Positions 35,821 to 49,163 of a stretch of 64,000 nucleotides of DNA are shown here, piece after piece. This DNA comes from Magallana gigas (taxonomy: Eukaryota): positions 29,946,001 to 30,010,000 of the forward strand of contig NC_088857.1 of the NCBI RefSeq assembly GCF_963853765.1, read 5' to 3'. Numbering within the stretch: position 1 is the stretch's first letter; each line of letters starts with the position of its first letter. The position numbers and the translations under genes are program-made. The notes beneath the pieces are model-generated. The model had not been told where the DNA came from. It saw nothing but the letters and a program-made list of their open reading frames with translations, and made no database searches.

Positions 35821-38800
35821 CCTTGCTAACCTCCAAGATCTATCATAACATCATTCAGATATTCACTCTTGTTTCTCCCCTTCTGGCTATGTATCTTCAT
35901 CTCCTGATGTTACCGTTTTAATTGACACATTATTGAATGGAAACAAAATTACTGCCTCCATGTAAATACCACAGCCTGCAAATGTGTGACAGCACAGGGG
36001 AGAAAATATGAATGTAGGTAAATATTAGCATACTGCATAATGTAAACAAGCCAAGAGGAATGATACTAGTACCCAATATCAATTAAAGCCTGTATGGTTT
36101 CTGGTTGATGAGCTAGAAAACTGCTACAGAGCTATATGGCAGATCTTAATTATCAATGGAAATGCATATTTGGGGAGACAGACATGCAGACAAACATTAG
36201 TCTTGCATCGGTCTACAAAAAAAATGTAGTGGAATAACTGAAATAAATGACAGCTAGTGCTGCTGCAATGAAAAAAATGTTATGTGCAAATTCCAAGTTC
36301 AAGTAACTTGATTGTGTTTTGTGTGTTCAATGTTTTGTAATATGATGCTTGTTTTTATAAAAGAGGGCAAAAAACTGTCAAAAAATTGTAAAAGAAGTTA
36401 TCCGAGAGATTGCATTTCCAATGTCCCAGTGATTGGTTTGTTGATTATACATGTAGATTACTAAACTATGCATTATAATCCACTTACAAACATGGATTGA
36501 CCTTCAACTCAGATACCGGTAATTTTAAGATATCCCTGCTATAAATACCAATGCCCAAATCTGACCTTTTTACTTCAAAATGACCTTGACCTTAAACCTA
36601 AGAATCATACAAATACCCATACTTCATGCATACATAAAATCTTATTCTCAAGGTGGAGTTGTCGGAAAGACTTTAAAGGACAAAAAGATTAATAGAAAAA
36701 GAAAGGACCTTGGCTCTTTAGAATTAATAGAAATACCGCTATACATGTACTACCGATTACTGATTCTTCAATGTAAAATAATGCCTGGACTGACAAACAA
36801 CAAAAGCAAGACAGTTTCCTGACTCTTGCCATTAAATTGTTGCATGCTGCTGTAGTATATTCAATAAAGAGATAAATGCGGTGTTTTATATATCGGCAAT
36901 TCTCTTACTGAAGTTTGATCAAGTAGCCAGCGTATGACATAAAATGCATGATAATGATATTTGATTACAGAAATTTTATGATCCAGGGAGTTCATGGTTC
37001 AAACTCGTAATGCTGTCGTTTTGAGTCAGCTAGTTTCTACTCGAACCTTGCTTCCATGCAGAGTGATGGGCTAACTACAAAGACTGTATCCAACCAGAAA
37101 AAAAAAAAAAAGGAAAAGAAAAAAAACGCCAAACTTCACCATCAAGATATGTCATGTATGAAGATCAATATATCATATAGTGTGGTCGTATGATGGATTT
37201 ATTAATTAACATTTCGTGAAATGGAAATTCTGTCAGACCTGGGGGGATGATTTGTGCTTCAGAAGGAATAAGATGGGGATTGCTTGTCAAAACCGCCTTA
37301 AAATAGACCCTCGTGAATTAATCTATTGAATTGTCTGCGAATAAGTTCGACGTAGGTCAGATGAAATGTTACTTTCCCGCTAGATTGCTCTTTTGTTGGA
37401 AGGGTGTATGACGTTTTTGGGTTACGGGGGAATTTCATCATGTCATGTTTCTTACTTAAGGAGAAAATGGCACCAGGGAGAAAGGAGACTATATAAAAGG
37501 TGACAATTCACTCAATTCAAAGACACAAAATGAGATCCACTCGGTGCACACAGCATCGGTGTGAAGGACACACTTAATCCCATAAACGGGAGAATGTAGA
37601 GCCTTCTAACCTGTTTTCCATACATATCTAATATACTGTATAGTAGCATCATAATTGTAACTAACTCTTGCAAACCCCAGTTCATGAACCACACATTTTA
37701 AAACTAATTCTTTCTTTTTTATTTACTAACCAGTGATACTATACCGGTCTGAATGTGAGCCCTTTTCTTGCAAAAATATCAAATATTATTTCCAGTTGAA
37801 CTTGATCACCATAAAAAAATCTTATTTTGTTTTCTTTTTATCAAAATAAATAAATTTTGAGATTACATGAAACATGATAATATCTATTGGTTGTTGAAGT
37901 GGGTCATTTTTTTCGCAGTTCTCACTATACCTTCATATCGATCTGAAATTGGTGCAAATGAGCTATAGAAAAAACTGTACAACCAAAATATGAATATTAA
38001 GCAGAGAATTTCAAAATTATATCACTCAGAAGAAAACTATTTTTTCAATTTATAAATAAAATTTACAACTCGGACAAATACACAGTAACTATGGTGCAAA
38101 ATGATTTCTTTTCTACCGATACTTCTGTTCACAATGTGTACAGTAACAAACGATGTGTTTGACAAACACCAACAATTGATTTCTTGGGCTTAACTTGATA
38201 ACTTAATAGTGGGCTATATGATATCTCATTTATGCCCTGTTTGACCGAAGACAACCTATCTTATATTGCAGTGCAATGCCATAAATAAGACAGACTGAGT
38301 CTCTAAGTATGAAATTATTCTTCCATTAATACTCCAGTCTTGCACACTATCATTTCTAAAATGATTATGTACATGTATGAACAGCAGCTATTGTCCATCT
38401 CGTTTTTCCTAACTGCCATCCTTATATTAAAGAGTAGAGCGTATCAGTAAGGGGGTTTTCTTTTCCCTTTATCTAATGAACATTTATACTCAACATACCG
38501 GTACATGCATGTCCAGAAGGAGCTTTGAAGTAAATTGGTTTTCCTTATAAACATGTTAAGAATTGGGTGTTTCCCCCTGATAAACATCATGCATACACAC
38601 CTAAAATCACTGATAATATCAAACAAGTCAAGACTCAAACACAGATCAGCTAGTTTTAAAGTGCATGCACCTCTAATAAATCTGTTCACCACAACAAATT
38701 CTTAGCTAGAGCATATCAGCTTTTTTAAAAGCAAGGAATTCACATATATATTCATTGACAAAAATACACGAATACCGGTAATATACTTTTTAAAAATCAT

Positions 38801-41675
38801 AATATGTTCCATATCTTATTTAATGTAACTGGGTTTCATTCAAACTTTCAATTTTTATGCCACACTTGGCTGTCCAAATTGATTCTTTTCCCTTCTTTTT
38901 TCAAGACATTATTTAAGTCATTTTTTTTCAACTAAATCACTTTAAATTTCAATACATGTAATTTCATATGCCCATTAAAAACATCAATGTCAAATTTTCC
39001 ATTTAGAAAAAATACTATAATTATATACTTGCAGTATAAAGCTCTAAATTAATGCCTAATTCACAGAGTATTCACACATACTGTCATCTGCATGTTTCTG
39101 AATACAAAATAATTTGGCGTTAAAATTAACTATATTGTACTCACAACTCGAATTCTTGATGATTGATGCTTAATAATTACCGGTAACCATTCAAAAGGTT
39201 AGTCCGGACTCAATGCTACATGGCAAAAATAAAATTACCGTATTTGTATGGAATTGCCTCCTGCCTAAAAATCAAACATCTTTTCTTAATTTGTTGTTTT
39301 TTTCGTCATACAATTTTTACATAGTTACATGTTCAATCTTATTTTTATTTTTAACCAATCTTTAATAAGTTGAACTTCCAGTTTAAAAAACAAACAAAAA
39401 TTCCCCGACCCTCCCACCTGGGTCTGGATACTTCCAGGCAGCAATTCCAAACAAACATTTTTTTAAGGATGGCCCAACCTTAATGACTATATATGCATGA
39501 GGTAAGCTTAACACAACACAGTTAGTGACAGTGTAAATTACATGCATTTATATACACATACACTATCCGAAGACTGACTGAGAGTGGTGTAAATGCATGT
39601 ACATAATATCTGAAAAATGTTCACCTTAGATACATGTATCATCCTAATACATGTATACAGATTGTTATTTATCATACACCTACTGCAAGTCAAATGGGTC
39701 CCCCATTGAATTCATATATATTCATATTAAAACATTGTAGCCATAAATCTTGTATTATAATACATATTCTAGTGTCTTCTATCAAAGAACTCCACTTACC
39801 CCCCCCCCCTCCCCAAAAAAAAATCCAGACTTGATACAAAAAACATATTTTTGTTTCAATATCTGTTTTATTTACTTTTATTAAAGAAATTACATAACTG
39901 GAAAGTTTTGCCTCAGATGCCATGGCAAAGGGTAATCTTGTTTCAAAATCAAGTTATATGTTAAATTGAGTATAGTTTTAGTTTTCTATGTTACATATAT
40001 TATTGTGATCTATTTCTAAACTGAATTCATTTCATTTATACATGCAAATACATAAAGATGTGTACATGCACTGATTAATATCTGGGCAATGTTAATGCAA
40101 TGCAGGAAAACATTATTTTATTATTACATGTAGTTGTTCATTGTAAAATCAGTTCAACGTGCATATATACATGTACAATGCATATCGCACAAAAACATTT
40201 CCATCTTTCTTCCGTTCTCCCCGCCCTTTTCAGGATGTTATTGATGGCATAATTTTATGTAATATAATGAGTTTCATAATGTAACTATGACCATAATAAT
40301 GAGGTATATAAAAGCTGGTGCATCCCACTGAATTTAAAATGATTGCAATATTGAAAACAATCACTTTTTTAGATGCTTATAATGTATACTTTCCTCCCTG
40401 CATAATCAAATACATGTACTTATGTCTAGTTTTGTATTCTCTAATTTATTATCTTACCTCTTTTATATTAAATGGTTTTAAAATTTCATCCTTCTATTCT
40501 CCCAAAATGAAAAATAAGTATGCTACCAATTATTCTCTCTCTCTCTCTCTCTCTCTCTCATCTTACTCTTCTCTTATTTTCTCTGGCAAATTAAATTCAT
40601 CAAAAGGCCAAAAATCCTCTTCTTATAGGTATCAACTAGCTAAGACACCCACCCCAACTTCTACTTGACAAAACACAATCATGCGCCACTTAAATGGAAT
40701 GCCATTATCTTGACGTAATGGTAGTAGAAGCACATGTATTATAATTATTAGTACAAGGAAATAGTGTGTGCGTAGTACTGGAATATAAATGAAATCTACT
40801 TTTATAAATCAGGTTTCTATTAAATGACTAATGTTTGGGACAGTATCTAACACTTAAGGCATCTCTAATTTAAATTCATTTTGTAGATGGGTATCTTTTC
40901 AACATAAACAACTTTAGAAACCTGTCTACACTGCTTGGCACTGTCTTGTATAAATGGGAAGGTGTTCTAAATTTACTATGGTCTACTTCACAGCACTCGA
41001 AAAACAGCTGGCTTTTTAAAAGTACATGAACTAGATCAGCTTAAATGGTTATAGAGGGAAAGTCTTTCATTTATGTGATTAACTGACATTACACATCCTT
41101 ACCCAAAATCTTCTCTAGAAATCAAAGAATCAAGAACTTATTGTTGCCACCGTTTTATAATGAATTACTTTAGGATTCGTTCAGCACTGACCATTTCTTC
41201 AGCATGTTAGTCAATAATGTGTTGAATTCAGTACATCAGATATTTTTATTTTTTGAGAGGCAGTTGGGGATAAAATTAACAGCTGGTTGGTCATGTTCTT
41301 GACAAGAAATGTGAAGGACTTTTCAACTCCTGGCATAAACAAAAGAAAATGAGAGAGAGAGAAAAAAAAATCAATGAATTCATTAAATTACATTACATGA
41401 AATACATGATGGAACACCCTTAACCTTCACACACTTGCGCCTCACGTTTTCTTTTATCCTGATATTCCAAGGCATGCTACTTTCGCCGTTTTGGATGGCC
41501 GACAGCGAAACACTGTACATGTAAACAAACCCTCATGCCTTCGTGAAAAAAATGTCTGTGTATTTCCCCAGAGGTCGGCGCACTGCAAGTTCTATAAATA
41601 TCCCACACAACCATTCTTACGATCGTCTGCATTTTTACCTTCTCGGTTTACTCCACTGAAATTCAACATTCTTAC

Positions 41676-41860
41676 CTTTCCAAAAAGATTCCTTAGATCC
41701 CGCTAAAATCCGTGCTGGTGTACAGATCTACCGTGGTAGCACGAAACTTCCTCGATCTGTGCTTAGAGCTTTTCAATCTCCTTAATGAAGAGTAACTCGC
41801 GCAACTGTCGAAGCCTGCCACCCACGCATTTCTCGGCTGTATCTTGATTAAATTTAGAGG
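41676..41860 (-). other. Probable non-coding first exon of DGK
   Basis: CpG-richer island ending in a strong donor AAG|GTAAGA at 41675. Further donor-like sites lie near 41638 and 41620. The 5' end is estimated from the TATA-like element. Confidence 0.5.
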
Positions 41861-42130
41861 CGAGCTAAGGGGAGTAGCTTTCGTATATAAATAAATACAT
41901 GCTGGAGATTAAGCAATTTTCAGAACGGCATACATATTGCTAAAGCACATAAGACCCAAAATGTAACTGAATAATCTTATGTTAAAGAATATTTACACGC
42001 ACCATGTGTTGAGTGCCTCTGCATGCCACGCGCTCGCACTGTACTCAGCTGGTACTGTTGCACGGTAGATCTATATCATCGGCGATTTTAAACAGGTGGC
42101 TGAAAAGCCAGCGAGGGAAAATGTTATAAT
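41860..42130 (-). promoter_or_regulatory. Putative DGK promoter
   Basis: Minus-strand TATTTATTTATATA at about 41884-41897 plus an adjacent CpG-containing block, upstream of the putative first exon. Confidence 0.4.
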
Positions 42131-42676
42131 TACTGTAACTGAATGGCTTCATTTTTTTTAACGTACACGAAACTAGAAAATATGTAGTATAATATATTCT
42201 TTTTTTTTGGGGGGGGGGGGGTAATTAAGTAATCGGTTTAGAAAATTAATAAATCATCATAACAGGCGAGGGTGCATGATGCATGATGATTTAAACTCAT
42301 TATTTTGTATAATATTTTCTTCAGTGTTATTATTTTAAAATCTAAAAATTATAACTATCATTGTAAATATTCAGTTATTTTTATTTACAAATGTTTGAAT
42401 TGAAATATCGGTCACAAACACATATATAGTGACAAACTATACCTCCTCCCTGTCCCCTCCTTACATTTATATACGTTGTTGAGACTCGTGACGTGTACTT
42501 TCGTGAAGTGTACCTTTATGATACGTTCAAATATATTCTGTTTTAAGGGGGAAATACATTTAGTACAGTGTCGCGTGTATGAACCGATGACGTACGCGCT
42601 TAGAAAGTCATGCCCAAGTACATACTATCATGTTGAAAATTTCAAAATTTATAACATGAAAATACTATAATAAGGA

Positions 42677-43170
42677 ATAAGGAATCATTCTTTAAGCATT
42701 ATGAGGTGATGATTTTGGTCGGGGCGTGATTAAATCCAATAAAGTCCGAAGTGCTTTACATGCACGTAGCATCGTTTTTGAAAGTGGGGGGCCAGACTCA
42801 TCCAAAAATTCTTGACAAGCAAAAAAAAAAAAAAAAAAATGGAAATTTAAACTTTTACCAAAATCTTCAAAATCCTAATCGGGGGGAGGGGGGGGGGGGC
42901 TGGCGTGATATATAACTTCAATTTCACTCTTCATTTCCTTATTTTCATATCAAATTTTTAAATACTCCCAAAAAAGTGGGGGGCCAACTCCATGATAATT
43001 CAATTTTTTAGATGTAAATTTTCAAAAATTTGTTGCTGCGAGAAAAAATGGGGGGGGGGGGGGGGCAGGCCCCCCTGCCCCCCCTGATGCTACGTGCCTG
43101 CTTTATGATAGATTTGATAACACCCCGACCGAAATTATCACCTCATAATATTCAAAGAATGATCCCTTAT
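42677..43170. mobile_element. Fold-back element with about 68-bp imperfect inverted arms, split at its centre by an insertion
   Basis: 42677-42744 pairs with 43101-43170. Confidence 0.7.
42759..43100. mobile_element. MITE with CA(G/T)GCACGTAGCATC TIRs and 5-bp TSD (CTTTA)
   Basis: 15-bp TIRs; CTTTA at 42754-42758 and 43101-43105. Confidence 0.85.
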
Positions 43171-43628
43171 ATAATTTTAAGCCATCGTACGATTAAATGT
43201 TAAATATAAATAAGCAAACCCCGCTGGCGCCTCGATTTGGCGTCATTTGAAGTTATGGGTTATATAGTACAAAATCGATACGTTGTGTTATCACGGGCAA
43301 AGACACTGGAAAATGTAAATATTACTGTATAATATAATTATGTTTATGAAAGTAAACGTTATAAATTTTATTTATTACATGTATTATGTCCTTTCATTAA
43401 TTGCAATCGAATCCTAAAAATTATGATAAATTATGTACATAAATACAGAAATTGGAGAAATAATATTAATAGTCACATTTCATTTGTGTTGGTTTTGTTT
43501 TAACAAAGTGCACTTTGGAGCCAACTGCATGTTAATAAATATATACATTATTTCCTCTGCAAGGCGCTTTCGGCTACGCAGACTCATCATTCCATATTGT
43601 ATACACACAAAAAAACCCACCCATTTCG

Positions 43629-45245
43629 TTAAAGCTATACACGCTATAATTTACGTCAATTTTGAATGATAGTGAAAAACGCATGTGTTTGTCTACTTAT
43701 AAAAGTTATCCTTAATCTGTAAATTACAATGGTGAATTCCATCTCGTTACAAAGATAAAGATTTTTAATTGTTTATTTTCCTGCCAGGAAAATATACCTT
43801 TTTCATGAATATTGATGAAGGAAGAGCAAACCGACCTCATTGCGCATGTCCGCGGAGAACTAGGTGGTCGTTATTGTTTGCCTAATTAAATATCCAACTT
43901 GATTTTTAATATGCTTAACAGTTGTTAATTTGAAATACATACATGTATAATGGGTAAAATACGTTTGTCATTCACGATACCCTTACTTCTGCATTAACAC
44001 TTATAGGATCTATAAATAGCACGTAGGGGAAAACACAGGTCTACGTCATTTTTTTAAAGGAAGTATTCATATCTACTCACAGGCTTGCATTTTTTCTTTT
44101 GTTTGTACTCGTATATTGGACAAATTTATGCTTTACTGAAAATATCCTTTCCTTTGTGAAACTATCACAATTATGAAGATGTTGACCCTTCACCAGTTTT
44201 GGTATGATAGACTAAATTTAGCTGTCGATATCACGTGATAGATTGATATTCACGAGGAGGCATTACTTTCCTGGCAGGAAAATAAATATTTTTTATTGTT
44301 TAATAGTTGATATATTTGTTACGTGATCGAATTGAGCATTATAATTAACAGCATAAAGGTAACTTTTATTAGTAATCAAACACATACATTTTCCCCTTTA
44401 TTCAAAATTGACGCAAATTATAGCGTGTGTAGCTTTAAAGCTATACACGCTATAATTTGCGTCAATTTTGAATGACAGTGAAAACGCATGTGTTTGTGTA
44501 CTTATAAAAGTTATCCTTAATCTGTAAATTACAATGGTGAATTCCATCTCGTTACAAAGATATAGATTTTTAATTGTTTATTTTCCTGCCAGGAAAATAT
44601 ACCTTTTCATGAATATTGATGAAGGAAGAGCGAAACCGACCTCTTTGCGCATGTCCGCGGAGAACTAGGTGGTCGTTATTGTTTGCCTAATTAAATATCC
44701 AACTTGATTTTTAATATGCTTAACAGTTGTTTATTTGAAATACATACATGTATAATGAGTAAAATACGTTTGTCATTCACGATACCCTTAATTCTGCATT
44801 AACACCTATAGGATCTATAAATAGCACATATGGGAAACACACAGGTCTACGTCATTTTTTAAAAGGAAGTATTCATATCTACTCACAGGCTTGTATTTTT
44901 TTCTTTTGTTTGTACTCGTATATCGGACAAATTTATGCTTTACTGAAAATATCATTTCCTTTGTGAAACTATCACAATTATGAAGATGATGACCCTTCAC
45001 CAGTTTTGGTATGATAGACTAAATTTAGCTGTCGATATCACGTGATAGATTGATATTCACGAGGAGGCATTACTTTCCTGGCAGGAAAATAAATATTTTT
45101 AATTGTTTAATATTTAATATATCTGTTACGTGATCGAATTGAGCATTATAATTAACAGCATAAAGGTAACTTTTATTAGTAATTAAACACATACATTTTC
45201 CCCTTTATTCAAAATTGACGCAAATTATAGCGTGTATAGCTTTAA
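43629..45245. mobile_element. Head-to-tail dimer of an about 800-bp TTAA-flanked transposon
   Basis: Units 43633-44434 and 44439-45241, each with about 35-bp TIRs (AGCTATACACGCTATAATTTGCGTCAATTTTGAAT); TTAA at 43629, 44435 and 45242. Confidence 0.9.
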
Positions 45246-48200
45246 GTATTTTAATTTGAAATCCCAGACCAGCTTATTTGATATGATGAGGAACTTTCAG
45301 TATAGTGTAAATCGTTTCACTCTTGTCAGAGGTTAACTGTACTGCAAAAGCAACTGTCTGTGGAGACTTTACTAAGTAAACCATACCATTTTGAAAAAGA
45401 ATAATAATTGAATATATTTTAAATATACATGTACTTTAATCCGGACGCTATGGTCATGACATTAATTTAAAAATATTATGTTTCTGGTTTTTGAAAACCG
45501 GAAAAGTTTATTATAGACTCATTTATATCGAATGCAAAGACATTTCAACCAAATATCATATATGACAATTAACAACATTGCTATTGTTCCGACAACAACA
45601 AAAACAAAAATCAGGAAATATAATTAAATCTGATTAAATAGATTTTCATCATCTATCTTTTAAGATATGTTAGATTCAACGTTTATGCATATAATATGTG
45701 TACATGTATAAACAAATATCTAACTTTGGCAAAACGTGCCTGCTGGATTTTTATACTAGTATAATAGTGCCCCTTTGACATGTTTTTATTTAAACAAAAG
45801 AAATATATCTTAAGAGTTAAAATCAAAATAAAAAAAAATCGATGATGTTCATTCACATACGAATAACGCGTGAAAGTACGAAAGCCCACTGAGCTCATTT
45901 TCGTTGGTAAAAAAAAATTATCGCGATTAAACGCGAAGAAACGCGAAATATTCGTGATAAACGCGAATATTTCGCGCATTTAAACGCGAAACTTAAGTAG
46001 AATTGACTTTTATTCCGTACAAGAACCATTATGAAGAACAATGCATGGAAAGAAATACATTTCAGTTTTGATTAAATTAGATGTAAAATTTATAGATTTA
46101 GATAGGTGAACCAAAATGATATACATGTATAATCCTTTTTAACTAACGCGAAAGTTATACGTGTATTCGCAAATGACCTGCGTTTTACCGCAAAAAGAAG
46201 ATGGGGGAACAAGATAGCGCAAATGCCCATTTGGTTTTATCGTAAAAAAAAATTTCATATTAATTTTTTTCAACCAAAAATACTAGATGATGTTATATTA
46301 CAAGTTTACAAAAGCACAATTTCTAACTTTATTCAGTTTTGAATATTTTAACAAACGATAAGAAAAAAAATATAAAAATTAAAGTTTTGGTGTATCGTAC
46401 CCACAACCTAAAAACCCTAGGTATTATGTTACCTAATGTCTGGTGCTCTAACCACTGAGCCATTTCAGTCATAACAAACTTCAATGTAAATTGCTAAATG
46501 GAACTTCAACCACGAATTTACGGACTTGTAGTATTTCTCTAAAACGTTGGGATACAAAATGACATTTTTAAAGTATAGTGGGTCATCTCTCCACGTTTTT
46601 GTTGATTGAAATCGGTTTGATTTCCTTTAAAACCTTATAAAGAATATGACAAAAGTATGGAGTCCAGACCCACTCTATAAAAGAAAAGGCATTGAAGTTC
46701 TAAAAATGACACTATTTGGAGATTTTGATACGCATACGCCATTTTAAATCAACCTATTCCAAATATCGAACTTATTTAGAGGTTATAAATCGATGTTATG
46801 GTAAATAAACATTGTTTTCAATAATTTAGAAAGAAATTATGAGATTTGTTCATATTTTAATTTTATAGTATCATATCTATCCCCATATGGGCAATTTACT
46901 CGCCTTATTCACCCATCTTCTTTCGCGTTATATTGCGAAAGTATCGCATTTGTTTTTAAAAGTTTTGCGTTCGTTTGCAAAAGTTTCGCGTTTAATCGCG
47001 AAGATTACGGGTTCATTCGCGAAGGTTTCGCGATGGTTGATGGTTTATGAATGGATTTTTTCCTATACTTACTGTAGAACATTTGACCAAAATTAATTTG
47101 CTGAAATAACGGAAATCTTAAAAGAATCACAGAAACCGATGGAATTCCAGATACGACAGACTGTCAGCTGCCAGCTGTTTACAGCTTCCCGCCGGCCTCT
47201 TACTGCCCACATGCTTTTTGCGCATGTGAATGTACTTTGTTTGTTGCATGGATTGTGGTGCAGCATTTTCAAGTAAAATCAAAATGGTTCCGCTAGACAT
47301 TGATTTTAATATTTCAGATTAAGCTTACATTTTGGACTAATTCACTTCCAGCTTCAAGGGCGACTTCATGGCCCACAATTCTCATCTTCAGACGAGACCC
47401 TACAGTTATTAATATTTAATATAAATCTGTGAATATTGATACAAAAGCTCTTTAATTGACTTATATATCCTACTTATTTGAAATGAAATGATTATCAATA
47501 TCACAAAAGGTTTCAATTTTCTTTTAAGTGTAAAGTGTCTGTTGGGAAGTTATTTCGAAATTTTGGTCTTAAATTTATAACAAAGAGACATATATTTGAT
47601 TTTATGTCATATATAATGAGCCAGTTGAAGAATCTTTGTTTACTAGTATATGCTTTTGGAATTATTTCTTCTTAGCAGTTTTCAGCCACAGTTCCCTTAA
47701 GATTTTCAGCTGTCCAGATATTACGGGACACTCTCTCCCGTACAGGACTTTAATTGGGCCAACCCTGTGCTTATCTCTTGCAAGTTGCAATATAATCTTT
47801 AATAAAGCCTACAATAAACAAACCCGCGGGTTTTTTTTTAAGACTTTTAACTGGAGTTTTCAGAGAATATACTTTTACAACAGATTGGTATGTATAAGCA
47901 CAGAAGGTCTAATCCAACAGACGACAGCCTATGAAATAATTCGATGAAAGAATTAACAAACATTTAAAAGAAAATCAATTATGAAACAGTTATTGAGTCA
48001 CACATAACATTTTAGTAACATGTACATAAAAGATAAATCTAAGATAAAAGAACACCGGTAAGTGTTAGCTAATATACACAAAAGTCAATTAAGAGAAAAA
48101 CTCAGATTAGCTGACCATCTCTGGCTATGCTTCAGGTGAGATTAAGTCAGTGCGGATTTTAAAAAGCCTTGTTGATGTTTCCTTGATGCTTACGGGGTTG

Positions 48201-48835
48201 GAATCGGCGTTTTTGAAACTAGATGATCTTTTTTTATCCTCCAGTATTCGAATGGTCTGCAGCAGGGCGTTGTTTTGTTCCCTTAACTGTTTGTTTGTCT
48301 CGTCGGCCTAGCTCGATCCTTCTGAATTTTCTTAACATAATCATATTGTTCTTTACCAATTTCTTTCAGTTTTCTTTCAGTTTTCTGTCCATCAATTCCA
48401 TATCAGTTAGTCACAGTGGGCGTCTTCTTTTAGTTTGCGAAGTTTCTTCAGATAAATGCCATTATTATTACGCTCTGATTGTCCTTGCAGCTTTTCCCAC
48501 ATATAGAGTTTGCCGACATCTCTGTCCATAATTATTACAAATTGAACGTAATTTATCATTTTAAAGAAAACTAATTTTTCTTTTGACTTTTTTTTTAATT
48601 GTCAAATAAATGTTAAATCATGACCTTTGACTTTTCATTGTAAAAAACGAGTCAGGCAAAATCGTTTTAATTTGAAAATAAGAAAAACTTTAGTATGGAG
48701 CAAATGGTGAAAAATCAACGAAGGCTTCAAATCTCACCTATTGCACATGCAGTCATGTTAAAGAACATCAAAAATCATTCGGGCATTTGACCGTGTGAAT
48801 AAAAACCTCCTACGGGTATAGAGTTATTTCCCTTG

Positions 48836-49163
48836 CAGGCACGTAGCATCGTTTTTTAAAGTGGGGGGGGGGGGCAAACTCATCCAAAAAAAATCTTGAC
48901 AAGCAAAAAAAAAAAAAAAAAAAAAGGAAATTTATACTTTTAAATCCTAATCCGTGGAGGGGGGGGGGGGGGGGGGCTAGCGTAGTATATAACTTCAATT
49001 TCACACCTCATTTCCTTACATACTCCCAAAAAAGTGGGGGAGCCAACTCTACGATAATTCAATTATTTATATGTAAATTTTAAAAAATTTGTTGCTGCGA
49101 GAAAAAGTGGGGAGGGGGGGGCAGGCCCCCCTGCCCCCCCCCCCCCCTGATGCTACGTGCCTG
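48836..49163. mobile_element. Second copy of the 5-bp-TSD MITE (TSD CCTTG)
   Basis: Perfect CAGGCACGTAGCATC / GATGCTACGTGCCTG TIRs; CCTTG at 48831-48835 and 49164-49168. Confidence 0.85.
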
